Both the position numbers and the translations under genes were made by a program. A stretch of 64,000 nucleotides of DNA, from positions 12,276,001 to 12,340,000 of the forward strand of contig OZ260664.1 of NCBI GenBank assembly GCA_965285935.1, given 5' to 3'. Positions 48,900-63,019 of the stretch are shown here, one piece after another. The first letter of the stretch is position 1, and every line of letters starts with the position of its first letter. The stretch comes from Ophelia neglecta. Taxonomy: Eukaryota. The notes below the pieces were generated by a model. That model had not been told where the DNA came from and made no database searches. It was given only the letters and a program-made list of their open reading frames with translations.

Positions 48900-51520
48900 A
48901 ACGCCTGTTGTTTTTCGTAAAGTTGGAATTGAAATGGTTATGCTGGGCTAATCTAAAATTGCAGTTAAGAATATTATTGCAATAAACTAGGCTTCTTTAC
49001 GTGTGTTTAATATGGGAGTATCCTGTAATGCTGCTTCTTACCCTTGCAGAGATTTTGTATAAAAGTGATACATCATAATAATCTATCGCTCCAAATATCG
49101 GCCTTTCATTGATCTTCAATAAATCAATATTATGTATCATGAGTAATAACGTAGACCGGTTAAGAAAGATGATGGTTTGTTATTGATGATGAGAGACTGT
49201 ATAGATTATAAACGTCGTTATAAACTGGATGTCTTTAATAAGCATAGTTAATCCCCCTTTATTGAAATTGACCAGAACCAGGATAGGTGTTAAATGAATA
49301 TTATCATTGCTGTAATGTATAAACCATCCAACACTGATGTGCAATCCTTTCTTCCTCATTTAAACAAAACTCACAAATCAAGCAAGAAAAGAAAATTATT
49401 TATTTAGGTGGTGTATTTAATATTAAACTGCTTAATGCATAAAGCCACGTTCCAACTTTCGAGCTCTTGTATACCTTGTATTCCTACTGCTTTGTGCCTC
49501 TTATTTACAAACCAACAAGAATATGTAAACAGTATGCTACATTAGGCGATATATTTACTAATGAAATTTTTGCAATATTCAGCAACTGCAAAAATGCTTA
49601 TATTTATCACTTTGTAAATTACTGTAAATCACAAAGCTATAGTCTTAAAAACTTAATGAGTTTTGGGATACTTTTTGGAACGCTAATTGGGTCAAATTCG
49701 ATTAATGCAATGACTGTCAACCAACTTATGCACTGTTCATTTCTACATTTAAAACTATTCTGCCTGTTTTCCGGAACGAATTCCTAAGTTTACTTATTGG
49801 AAAGAAACAAGGGCTAACTATTGCTATGAAATATCTCATAAAATTTGAAAAATAAGTTATTATTCCATTCTCAGAGGAAATCCAGCCGTTGTAATATAAA
49901 GAAGTTTATAATTAATATCAAATAAACATTTACGTAAGCAGGAGAGAGCATTATGATAATAAGCACAAGTAAAACCGAAATAACCTAAGAAAAATTTGGG
50001 CAGTTATAAAAAGGGGTTATCAATTAGACAAACCAGCAACTACATCTGGCCAGTTTCTGATTGATGGGAGAACTGGACCTGATTGCCCAAATTGGACAGG
50101 GAACCAGCATCTTATATCTCTCATAATATTACTAATTCTATATTCTTAAATAAAAACAGATGAATCTGAAGTGAAAGAAGTGAAAGAAGTGAAAGAGTGA
50201 AAGATGCAAGCCCTGCATGGGATGGTATATTTGATAAAAAATTATTAGTGCACATATCACCTGTATTTATGTCAGCTAACAAAAGTATTGTGTTTTTCAA
50301 TTTCTTTTGTTATATTTCCGGATGAACTTTAACTTACTCAAGTCTCATGTTCAAAACTGACAATAACATGTTAATTAATAATTATATACCAGTTTCGATT
50401 TTGCTTTTATTTTTGGAACGGTTGATGTACAAAGGATTTCTGTCCTTTATTAATCATCGTGATATTCTTTACATGTACCGAGAGAAACATAGTACTGATA
50501 TGGCATTGACTGTGCTCGTAGAAAAAAATTATGAATTCTATTGATGATACGAAGTTCTCTTGGGGGTATTTCTTGAATTTAGAAAGGCTTTCGATACTGT
50601 TGCACATGATATTCTACTAAAGAAACTGTACTCCTGGGATTAGAGGAATTGCATATAACTGGTTTAAGAGTTATTTTTATTAAACAATAAATTATGTGGC
50701 CTGATAATTGTAAGTCCATGGGAAATTATGTAACCTGCCTCTGGCGTCTTGATATATTTTTATGGTTTGGTGAATGTTTCATCCGTTGTTTTTCCAATCT
50801 TATTCGCAGATGATATTAATATATGTGTTACTGGTAAAAATTTTAACCAGTTAATAGACATCATTAATACTGACTTACAGAAAATTGCTGAGAGGCTTAA
50901 CTGTAATAAACTATCGCTTAATGTAAAAAAAAACATTTGATTATCTTCAATTCACGTAATAAAGTGACTGTACCAACTAAAAATATTCTTATTTTTAACA
51001 GAATTGTATATAAGTAGAGTCAAATTATTTTTATGTGTCACGATTGATTCTAGAATGAAGTGGGCAGATCATATTAATTGTGTGAAGGGAAAAGTATCAA
51101 GGGACATTAGAATATTGTATTAGGCAAGAAAGATGATCATGAAATCTACCTTGTTGACTTCCATAACAGTTTAGTCTACCCATATTTTAATTATTGTATA
51201 GAGGTTTCAATATTCTATTTCATTGAAGGTCAAATTGCGAAAGAGAGCTTTATTATCATGGCTAGTCCATAAAGGGCAAATACATATTCTTTATTCTCTA
51301 ACGTAAAGGTACTTAAACTTTAAAATATTTGTGTACGTAGAATCATGCCTTTCATGTATACCTCCCATCGAGGTTTATTGCCTTGTATCTTTAAGAATTT
51401 TATGTTTATCTTAAATTCAGTCATCGAGTCTTATTCTACCAGACAATCCCATAAACTCAATGTAACGCAGGAAAATTGTTCCCTCCTGAGAGATCTTTTC
51501 GCACCGGGCAACGGCTTTAT
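48900..51520 (+). mobile_element. Old, heavily mutated LINE ORF2 (endonuclease plus RT), CR1/L2-like; boundaries approximate
   Basis: IIIAVMYKPSNTD (about 49300), YKPTRI, NNYIPVSIL, GVFLEFRKAFDTVAHDILLKKL (50563-50628), LFADD (50800-14), NKLSLNVKK; many stops and frameshifts. Confidence 0.8.
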
Positions 51521-53214
51521 ATAATTATTTGTGTAATGAAGTTGACATTAAACTCTTGATCGAGAAAGCATGCGCGCCTATGTTGCCGTAAAACATTTGG
51601 ATACCATACAGCTTGGTTCAATGTCTGAATATGATGGATGTGGCCTTCTCAGCTTGATAAATATAGAAACATCGTGTCTATATACACACATAAATTTATT
51701 GCGATCAAAATAAATTCCTGTAATATATAGGCTGTACGAGGTTTATTGATTAGGTCCTTTTATGTAATTTTGTTTCATTTCATAACTAACATTATAGATT
51801 TCTAAAAAAAAACGATAGAACAGAGTTAGCTTATCACACACTTCTTACTTATTAATTAATTATTTTCAGTCGTTCTGACTCTTTACACTTTCACGTAATA
51901 TCAATTTATTCTTTTAAATGCATTACAAGTTATAAACTGTTTGGGAGCTGGGGACTGTTATATGTGAACCTGTCACTGGTGGCTCCTAGTTATTTCAATC
52001 CGATCTAATGGACTTATCTTTATTAAAGATATTGCTTTTTCCGTTGAGTATCCAACCAGAATTCAAGAATAACAAGAATAAAAATTTGTTTTAGCGGCTT
52101 TTTAGCACTTCTTCATTGCACAGGTTGCTATGGCAAATATCATCAAAGTCGCTTATTCTGCAATGTTATTCTGCTATATACAGAAACAATAAACATGTGA
52201 CTTACCTTCCGAATTATTTAATCAATGTAGTTCAATAAATTCCACTCAGCAAGTAAAATTTAAAAATGTCTAACCCATACTTCATACATTTATTTTAAAA
52301 TCCTGCTCAATAAAAAGTGACAAAAATCATTTAGTAAGGCAAAACACCAAACATATATTGCACCATTATCTTGCTGCCCATTAAATTCCATTAACAATAT
52401 AAGTAAAAAAAAACACTGCATTATCTATCAAAACATTAACGAAAACAAACTGATTGAGTTTACTGATTATAAATAACAGGAGAACTAGGCCTGAGATGAC
52501 AGTGAATTAATTTGCACAATCGCCCCTAGTCAAAATATTATCAATGTTATAGATAATAGATCTGGGATTTGTACTAGGTATTAATGTAGACTCCTGAGAA
52601 TTGTGACGGTTAACCTTTGTGAAATCCTGAGACAGGTGATTTCAAAACAGCAGTCACTCTAAGAAGGCACATATCTAATAAGATATCAAGGGGCCTAAGA
52701 AATATGTCAACAAATACATATAACATGACAATTCTCACTTTTGCTAGATTTAAAATGATCGTTTCAAATTATGCAGTTCTTCACGATCGGCCGTACATAA
52801 AATATATAATATGAAACAAGCCAATAATCGGCTCGTTCCAAATATACGTGATTATAAAATGATGACAAATGATCATACATTGCTAGTGCATAAGCCAGCT
52901 CCTGAAATACCTTAAAGTCGGTAGCTAATTTGGAGAGACAATATGTTTTTGGTCGAAAACTTATTAGTTCCCATTTTTTGATTAGTTAACCCGGTTTAAG
53001 CACATTTGGCTCCTGATCACATGCGACATAAAGAAATGAAAAAGCTTTCTCCCGAATCCCTAAATATAAACTACTTTCGAAAACACCAGGAAATAAATAT
53101 CTCCCTTTTAATAAATGCAGTTATAAACACATTTTAATATACTTTAAAATTGGATGGCTTGTGAATATAGAGATCATGCATCCAAACACAGCCTCTTCTG
53201 TTATCAAAAATAAT

Positions 53215-56200
53215 TCATGTCAAGCTGAAATGCGCCATTAGAGGTATATGATCAGATGGGAACATGACGCTTGGGAGAGCCAGATGTCGTCTGAGACATT
53301 CCCTGGGTGGCGCCTCTAGCACGCGGGAGACATCGATGCCAGACGTGTACCACAGGTAGTCAACACATATCTCATGGACGTATCCAGGCCATGCTTCAGC
53401 GTCACAGTTTGTCGTATGTGGCTCATCCCCCTATTTGGTTAATAAACATATACGACAAAAGTAAGACAGAAATAGTGAGTCAGGCTTAGCCTTAGAAGAA
53501 ACATGAAAACAAAATTTAAATCAATTTTGAGGGATGGCCTAATGGGCGGTTAGAATGATTCTTTTTTGAAAATGATAGAGCATCAGTTTTTGCACAACAC
53601 CTACCCCTTTCCCTCCTGCTTTCCTTCCACCCTATCCCCCCACCCCCGGGGAAACACAAACCGATTATGCCTTTAAAGTATTAAAGATATATTCTTATAT
53701 ATAGGATACATTAACTAGATATATAGTTGTAAGGGGGAATCTAACTTCATATACGTCAATGATTTCAATAACATTTCCATAGAGACAGAAAGAATAATGT
53801 TTGATATGCATGTACGTCGTCCATGGTATATATGGTCAACTTAAATCTGGGCCTTAGCTGTCTTAACATGGGAGGTTATTCGTGTGTTTATCATTGAGGA
53901 TGGTGTATAGGTAATGGTCGTTCACACATCAATTACAAAAAAAGAGATGCCCAGGGTCAATGATATTCCTGATTTGAAATGGAAGAACGCCCATTGCAAT
54001 ATTTACATTGATCCAAATGAAAAAGTTGGAAACTACTATAGGAAATTAAAGGTTAAGAAACTCTGTTTTGATGAGAGTAAAAAAATTACTGATATATATT
54101 AAATAAAAAGGTTTATATTATCCTTTTAATTACGATATCAAAATATAGTTAAAATTTCAACTAAGCAAAAGAACAACCAAAACATTTGGTCACACTTTAA
54201 TTTAAGCTAAAAAAAAAATAAATGAATTTCTCAGCGCTTTTGGTAAGTTGGTTTGCATGATGTAAACCTCTTGTAGCCAGTTCAGTTCCACGTTCAACCA
54301 TCTTGAACGCTCTTCAATCGATTTGTCCAATCCCTGGTAAGTTTTATTAGTAAAAGCAGTAGCGGTAGTGTTATTAGTGTTGGAGTTAACGGCAGTTGTA
54401 GAATTAATATAGCGCTCATTTTTCCCGGTTTGTCGAGTTCAAATGACTTCACATAAAGGAATGACCTAATATTCAGTTTACAAATAAAAGGATTTCTTGA
54501 TACAGACTCTACACTTAGTGCATATTTTTTTTCCAGGAGTATATACAGCAAAGATTCAAATCACTATCAACCCATCCCATAAGTTGTTACCACAGTTTCA
54601 ATTTACTGTTATTATCAACTTACCATTACCGACTTGTAGGCACTTTTTAATGGCCGGTCTGTACTAAATGAGGCTAAGAACTGTTCCAAAATGGCATTTG
54701 ATACATCGGCGATGTCTTTCCTCTGTAAGAAATCCATGTTATAAGATAAAGAAATGAATGGCGGGAATTTTAAGGCATTCCCTTACAAGGACATAAAACC
54801 GTTAAGGAGACTACATATTATGAAAGGCACTGGTGGTTTTCCCATAATACATTGGAAGAAAATCGTAATAACTTCCCTAAGGCGAAAATAGAGGCTGCGA
54901 TGAACAAGAACGGAGTCCTGATAATATAATGCCTGAAATATTATTTTTGTCTAGGACAAAAGTAATCGTGCCATCTGTGGCCTGCTCTTGCCTCCGACTC
55001 TCATTTTACCTTTTAAGCAGCCCCTTTTGCAATAATACAACACAGAATAATACAAATAGTACTACTTGTTCAAAGACTGACTATAATAACTGACTTCTAA
55101 AAAATAACGTTAATCAGGAATATTTTTATGCTACAAAGGAAGAGCCACAAAATCTAGATTAATACCTTTTGGTCCAAATTCTCTGCTAGTTGCCTAAGTT
55201 TCTTTGTCGATGAAACCTCTACGGTTTCTGCCTTGAAGTCATAGCTTCCGTCGGTATTTGTCTTCATTTCAAATAACCGGAAGTCTGGGAATCTATGGCT
55301 TATTGGGTTCTTTTTGTCGAGAGTGTCTAGTAGGCGATACGGAGCAAATGTGGGCGGAGAATTGAAGTCGCCACACAGAATAAAAGGATAACCATCAGCT
55401 GATTCTTTGAGTGCTGCATAACAAACTGCAACCTGAAGTAAAAAGTATGAAACAAATGAAGTAAATCCGTCATTGAGATACGAGCCCACGTCGTTATGTT
55501 TATGATTAGACTCCTCCCCGTGTCACCAAGAAACAACAAGTAGTTAAGGGTAACATCCCCAAAAGATACTACTCGAAAATATGTAACTAAAGATGAAGGA
55601 ACGGCAGTTATATCAAACATTTTGATAGGGTTAAACAGCTTTATTCGTAATTACGATATCATTGGCATCTTAATGTGAAAACCTACCTCTAGAGTTTGTA
55701 AACTGGATAATTGAAACGCACTCCATCCGATTTGCAGGTTACCAATAGCAATCAATTTGTTGTCCGATTTGTTTCTAAAGACACCAATTATTAAACCTCC
55801 ACATCGCTTTACAAGTTTACATAGAGAGTCGACCAGATGAGAGTCCACGTTCTTTATCTGTAATCATAAAATATAATGTTAATTGTCCAATTGCATATTC
55901 AATGCTAATTGTACAGTATTAAATGTAAAGTAACAATATGGGATGACGCAAAGCTGCTTATATTCCCGTATTACTAGAAGAAAAATAAATGTGTACAAAC
56001 TGCAGTTTTTAGGTTTAGACAATAAAATGAATGTATATAGAATTGATTCAAACATAAATTAATTCAGTGAGTACAACTGTGATGGGCAGTATTCAGAATT
56101 AAAATAAGAGGTCCAATGCTATAATTTTTATTCTAAATAAAAAACAACCAAAGAAACAGTGCCTTGTGTTATCACTTGCATAAAATTTAAACAAAGGACC

Positions 56201-59200
56201 CACAGAAGAAGAAACAAGGCCGGGAACAACTTTATTATGAAGAGCATCTTATGAATGTGGTGAATCGGTAGATTTTTTGTTCTGAAGGAGAAAGTGCTTA
56301 GATGGGTGATTTCTTTGAGAATTAGTGATAATTCTGATATCTTTTGTTTTTGTACTTCCAAAAGTGGATATTTTCCAAACAATCAATATTTTCCAAACAA
56401 ACAAATCCGTGGTTAAAATAAGACGGAGAAGAAATATGCCCATTCTGTATGGGTGTTTTGAGGCTGCTCCTTCAGCAGAATTCATACATGTATTTATTTA
56501 TCTATTTAATGAATTTGTTTACCCTTGCTAGCCCTTTCATTTTACAACTGGTATTCCTAGAAGCCCAAGTCGTAATGTAAAGTACAATGCAATATTTACA
56601 ATTATATATGTTCAGAATTTAATATATCCACAAAAAATATATATAAAAGCAATTTGTTATCACTTAGGTATTTGGAGAAAGCCTGAAGTATTTAAGGTAT
56701 AATATAAAGGAAAAAAATAATCCCAAAAAAACAGTAGACCACAACAGCAGGCTCAGTGTCCCTAAACTTTACTTGGCATATAATAGTAGCTTCATGAGTT
56801 TGTCTTTATCTTGTACTTATAGAAGGAGGCTTATTCCGTAGGGCAGTAGTACGAGTGTATATGTATTCTTAGTTGGATTTTGGCACCGTAACTAAATAAT
56901 GTCTAGTGACCCACTTAGGTATATACAGTAACATATTTAGAATCAGAAGTTCGCCGCACTATTCAAACAAGTACTTAATACTAAACTACGGCAATTACTC
57001 GAAGAAGCTGACGTAAACAACAAAGTTTGATTCGTTGAGCAACTGTGTATAATTTTAAGCAACCGAAAATAAAAATTTTATTGAAACACCCCGTTTGAAA
57101 CAAGGCGTTTAGGAACACTTCTTCAAATGGATAGTTTTGACATGTTTGCCGGAGATTCCACTTCTGTCGAGGCATTAATGACAGTTTCAAGGATATATCT
57201 TGAGAATATCTATTCAGTATTTGAAATCTGTGTAATTAGAACACACATTCATGGACTGTCTGCTGCCATTTTTATGGCCCTCTCTATAAAATAAGTAACT
57301 TTCCTTATAGACATGCCAGACATTCCAGATAAAATGGACATTGTTCCTTACAATCCCCTCTAAAACCCTTATGGTTTACTGTCCAATCTTTATCGCCACT
57401 TAACTATCTATATCCCCATTACAAGTTCCCCTGGAGTTTTACCATCAATCCCTTCAGACCAAAGTTACAATGTCTTTACCATATGGATCTGATCTCACCA
57501 GGGGTCTGTTAGAAAGCAGGAATACTCTATGATAAAAAGAATCTTCCAGTGATTTATGTGGTTTATTTTAGCAACCAGTATTTCATACACCAGACTCAGA
57601 CTTCACAGACACCCATATGCTATGTACCGAAGTGAAAAACATGGCCTGTCTTTGGCTGAGACAGCTGCAGTCTTTTTGATTATGATGGATGCAGTTCGCA
57701 GTTGTAAACTGCGAGTTGTGGCTGCTTGCAGTCTCCACTTCCATGCTGTTATGATGATAAGGAAACTGATATTAACCCATGAGATAAACCGTTATGTTAG
57801 GATCATAAATCAGAATCACACACTAAACATGAAGAATGTTTTGGGTGTGAAAACTTTTCACCAGGATCAGAGACTTTTAGCCTTAGAATATCAGACCTTT
57901 ATGTTTACTTTCCCGTCAATGATGGTGTCTCGGGAATCTTCCCACTACCTGCTAGTAACAGTCTGCTGGTATATTTACATACGGGTTAGTGATGGGTATT
58001 GGTTTCATGAATAATTGTGTATATCAAAAATAGATCGGATTCCTTGAATGATTCTGAAGAGCCCTGAGAGCCCATGTATTCAATCCTTAGATCCGCTCAA
58101 CTTTTAACCAGCACCGTTGAGCACGTTCATTGTTCGCGGGGGCAGCCCCCTCTGGAAAGTACGTCGTGATTCAGCCCGAAAATATTTGTGGGCCATGAAT
58201 AGGTGTTTTATCTTCTACAATATGTTTTAATTCTGTATCACAGGCCCAGTCTGAGTGTGTCTAACCGATCAATCTAAGTGTTCTTCTTATTGATTGGGCA
58301 ATGGGATATTTAGATTGTACCTATATTCTCACAGAGCCTTGTGTCAATGCTTACGTATGGATATACAGTGACGACCACCTCTATAATCAGACCACCTGTC
58401 AATTCAGACCACAAATATGAGGACCATGATGTTTACTTTCAATGTTAAATTGCTTGTCTAAACAGACCACCTTTGAAGTCAGACCAATATTTCCCAGTCC
58501 CTTGGGTGGTCTTAATCCACAGGTTTTACTGTACATGTATACTGCGTTCTATAAAGTACCATATGCAGATAATATGGTGACACAAGTCCCTGTGATAAAT
58601 CTGAGTTATGGGTGGAGCAGTTCAAACAATCTACATCTCTGTTCCATGGGTGCCTGGAATACGTTTTTACATTAATACTAGCTACCAAGTACGTCACAAA
58701 TGGCTGGTCTAACACATATATTGGCCACCTATACGATAAATAAGTGCATTTACTTCTTCCATGACCACCTTGTACACCACTAAATTTTTTGCACACTGTG
58801 TCCACCAAAAAGACAGTACCACCTGTTTCCCCCTTGCATTACTTGAGCTTCTAACATTAATGAAAGTGAGGCGGCTCAATGACCAGACCTGTCAGGGTTA
58901 AATGGTTTAGTCTACTGAGACGCCCGACTTAGTGCATATAGGCCAACTCTGCGGCCTAGAGCATTACTACGCCATTGTGTATAGCCTATTTTAAATACCC
59001 GTTCGCTTCGCTCACTCTCAACTCCCTGGGTCTCCTACCAGCACGTTTCTTCACAGTCAAAATTTGTTGCCTGCCCATCACTTAACCCCTTCTCATTCCT
59101 TCTCATCTAATAATTAATTCAACACCCGTCCTTGACATAGATGTCAGCCAATCAGGAGTGGTCAAACCTTCTATGTTTGGCGTTATGTGGGCCCAGAGGG

Positions 59201-60070
59201 CAGTAGTCCAAGGCGAGAACACATGTTTGGCCTACATGCAGTCATGTGCTGTTCCAAACAAGCTACGTGCATGTGCCACCAATATATTTCATGCGTAACT
59301 AACACAACGTTGTTCATCTATACTGATTTCCATAGCACTAGCATGATAAAAGACCTTAACTGACCAGCCTGTGTGACTATCAACAAAGGCTTGTAGCCAG
59401 CTGCCCGCTTATATTAGCTCAATATATCCCTGTGGGGTTAGCGACACGTAAGTACCAGCACTCTTTCTGTAGACTGAAATCAGCAAGTCAATAGTACCAT
59501 ATGGCGAAATATGAATATAGATCTTTATGCAGCAAAACTAAACTCAATTACAGCAAACCCTTCCCGCATTGATCGTTCTAAATAATGAATACAAACGTGT
59601 CGATTCCATAGTGTACGAAGAATACCCACCTTGGTGTATTTGTTAAGCATCTCTTCCATTTGAAAGCCGTGCGTCTGAACTAAATCAAATTTATTTGCCT
59701 TACAGAAAATTGCCAATCCGTCATCGGGATAATTTTTGGTGTATGGCAAATGACATCCTGTATAACCAAGTTTCGTCAATTCAGGGGATAACAGCGAATG
59801 ATAAAGACTTTCCCCGACTTCTTGAAAGCACACAATATCGGGTAAATAGAATTGCACCTCTTTGACAACCCGAGGAATTCGATGGTTTGTATATCTACAT
59901 TGTGCAGGACAATAAACGTAATCACCTTGATGGGTATACACATCAGTCAGAACATTATACGTCATCAACGTGAAATCATGGACGGTTTGCACGAATCCAT
60001 TCCGACTCCTCCAGCCTCTCTGATACACCTGTATCTCGTCACAAGCATTATTATCTACAGATTTAGACAT
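53215..60070 (-). CDS. CCR4/nocturnin/Angel/PDE12-family EEP phosphatase/deadenylase-like protein, about 380 aa, 5 coding exons: 60070-59630, 55857-55687, 55432-55217, 54722-54624, 53430-53215
   Basis: All introns are GT..AG and phase 0. The spliced product has TLMTYNVL, YCP, PDIVCFQEV, DGLAIF, ILCGDFNS, LKSAY, GDEP.TTN, VDYLWY and FPSDHIPLMAHF. The last two exons are absent from the ORF track. The exon 3 donor (GAG/GTTTCA) is weak and extra 5' exons are not excluded. Confidence 0.88.
58366..58531. mobile_element. Tc1/mariner-pogo-type MITE (intronic), related to 2557-2733 in opposite orientation
   Basis: TA-CAGTG...CAGGTTTTACTG-TA ends. TTTCCCAGTCCCTTGG is the reverse complement of CCAAGGGACTGGGAAA at about 2583-2598. 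Confidence 0.6.
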
Positions 60071-62814
60071 TGCCTTACACACAAATGTAAAAATGGTTAA
60101 TATAGTATTCTAGTGAACAGTCCGATGAAGATGAGTAAAGACAAAATGGTTGCCCACAATCTTGTCAAACACAGTATAGGTCCATCGAAAAAGCAGTTCA
60201 CCGAGTTGTGATCATCCCGCACGAAAATTCTGTAAACTATGCGGAGCTCCCAGGTATAAGTCTAGTCACTGGTACCTTCTAACTTGCCGTGAACTCGCAC
60301 CGCGCGCCAGCTAACTGGGTCAAGGTCTGATGTCGACCCGGGAAGCACTGGTATACACGAGAAACGGCTGTCTGTGCACAGAGACGGCCTGGTTTGAACT
60401 GTAGAGGAAATCAATACTTCAGCCACACCACATGTGGCTTGACGGTGCATTCTACTGTCCTAAGGAAGATTGCAAATAGATAGATCTCTTTTTCACGACA
60501 ATGCCCGGGAAATGATACTCCAATAGATAGTTTTATATTTTTCATATGTTTCAATCAGCGAACATTATCGCCCAGATAACCGGGCAAAAATTACACTTCC
60601 GAGTCGTGCGAGTATGCGGTGTGGGTTTAATGTTAGGGTTAAATCAACGGTATGGGGTTCCTTGTCTATGCCGACTATCCACTCCCTTTAATACTAAGGG
60701 TGCCTCTGTTACTTAGACATGCGAAGGCCTTAATGTTTGTAATATTGAAATTTAGTTGTTGGGGTGGATGAATAGTTTATTAACTTAAGAATTGTATTTC
60801 TATTTGATTTTCGATTATATTATATAGTTTAAGAATTCACAGCACAAGCCCCTGCGAGACACTATAAAAGAGAAGCTAGAAAGTATTTCAGAATTTTAAT
60901 TCCGTCGTATGTCAGTTATCAAGGTTTAATTAGAACTAATTACTAGGAAGTCCAGAGATGAGTGTTGGCACTGCTTGCGCCAATGTTAAGAAGCCAGGGG
61001 TGAAGCGGTGCTCACGAGCGCTTTGGAAACGGGAGAAGGAGCCAGAGCCGGCCTGGCCTCATTTCACAGTCAGTATGATGGGGTGCAGGCGGTGCAGAAG
61101 GTCTTACCTCGGGTTGTGAACATCAGAGCTCAATATCACCGACGTTGGTCAGATGTTAGCCGGAAACCGATACGCTATTTATAAGTCAAGCCTAACCTCT
61201 CAGAGATTTTGGAAGTAACCAACCTTGCAACATGTCTATGAGTTTTTACAGGAGACTAAAAGACTGGGTGTCGCAATGAGACCGGCATATAAAACCTGTG
61301 CCGAATCGGACAAAAAAAATCAGAATCATTAGATACGATATACTTCATTGAACTTATACATTGAAATATTGACAAAGACATACGAAATCAATCAAACGGA
61401 CTTTGATATAAAGTTCGGATAAGGAAGTACAAAATGCTACCCAACTATAACTGGCACATAACTACAAATAATCAGATAATAACTGAAATGTCAAAACATT
61501 ATCAGTGGTGACCGGGCATTGGGTTCTTGCGGGACATGGGAACTGATATGAATAATACCAAGGCTGATCTGCCTTTGATGATACATATAGAGGAAGCTAG
61601 AAATGTACCAAGTATAGAAGTGAAGACCTCAAAGACAAACATGCACGTGAACAAAACAGAACTGGGGCGTTTCTGCCACAACTTGTCACATTTTAAATGA
61701 TTCAGATAAGATTTTTCAATTTGTTTCGTTCAATTCACAAATGGATACTTATACCTTCAGCAGTGTCACTATTCGTTACATCCTGTCTTTTCATACTTTA
61801 TTATAGTTCATTTCTAGGTAATTATTGTTTAAAGTGTAATAGAAGCTTAAACTTTTTTACAAACACGTCTCTAAAAATGGCTAGGCCTATTACATAACAT
61901 ACATTTATAAGTTGAGACAAAGGCAGATGCTGCCTCATTCAGCCTAACTAGACATGAAAAGGGAAAAAATGTTAACTGGCAATGCTTATAACACAAAATG
62001 TCATATATTGTAGGACATTTAAAATGGAGAGATATTCAAAATAAAGTTGTTACAGAACTGTAATATTGTAAATGGTAATCATAATCTTAACTGGTGTGAT
62101 CTCAAAAAGTTTTTCGAGATATTTAGACAAGAGAGCAAGAAGGCAGAGGAATGCGGTAGCTCCATAAGAAAAGCTGATACTTTGACAGAATTTAAAAGCC
62201 ACACTTCAGTGTTTAACCTTTTTATAGGGTAGGCCTATACCAAACGACTACCAGGAAGTGTGCAATACACCCCTATGTGGATTGGCCCAGTACCATTGCA
62301 CGAAAGATGAAGTACTGACAAATGTTAGTTCATCTCAACAGAAACGAGCAAAATGTCAAGGTTACCTCGACTTACTTGCCAGACATACATATAATGTAAA
62401 AATAGCAACATGTTAAGTTGGTATTTGACTGAGCGCTGCATAGGCCTACGCATAGCAAGCCTGAGGCAGTATCTACGAGCCGAACTCACGCCATACTTCC
62501 ATACAGCATATGCATATATGCGAATGTATAAGTGGTTAACTCATTCTGTCACACAGATCTTACCACAAAGTCACATTACCCCAAATAAATACCAGAGTAA
62601 TTACGTATGTTGGTGCTGAGAACCATGTCCACTTAATTAGTGCTGCAGATAAGAGGATAACGAGAAACCCGTCGTCCATTTTACCCTGTGGCGAGGACTG
62701 AGCACGGGCCAGTTGTTTCTTGGGTTAATTGGCCCATTAAGTGTAGCGAAATTCATAGAAATAGTGGTGATGGTCATAAAATGAAGGGATGAGTGAGCTG
62801 GGTGCCCGTTATGA

Positions 62815-62978
62815 CAGTCGGATCCAGGCTTTCAGGAAGGGGGGGGGGGGGCAAATTTTCCAAGGTTGACAAGGCCAATGTCTGGATTGTTCCCGGTACC
62901 AACCCTCTGAAACCCCCTTGCGTTGGTCCAGAAATAGGCCTTGGGCCGGGCCAACTTTTTGGCAAAAGGGGGGCCCGG

Positions 62979-63009
<31 letters not shown>

Positions 63010-63019
63010 TCCGCCACTG
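62815..63019. mobile_element. Short GC-rich hAT-like MITE
   Basis: Ends CAGT(--)CGGATCCAGG and CCTAAATCCGCCACTG with subterminal poly-G and poly-C; no clear TSD. Confidence 0.5.

Noticed and set aside
53240-53410. Apparent imperfect inverted repeat or MITE, and the + strand ORF 53307-53489
   Set aside because: The minus strand is the last coding exon of the EEP gene (VDYLWY, PSDH).
57556-58014. 152-aa ORF in the large intron of the EEP gene
   Set aside because: No recognisable motifs; likely a chance ORF or an unidentifiable TE remnant.
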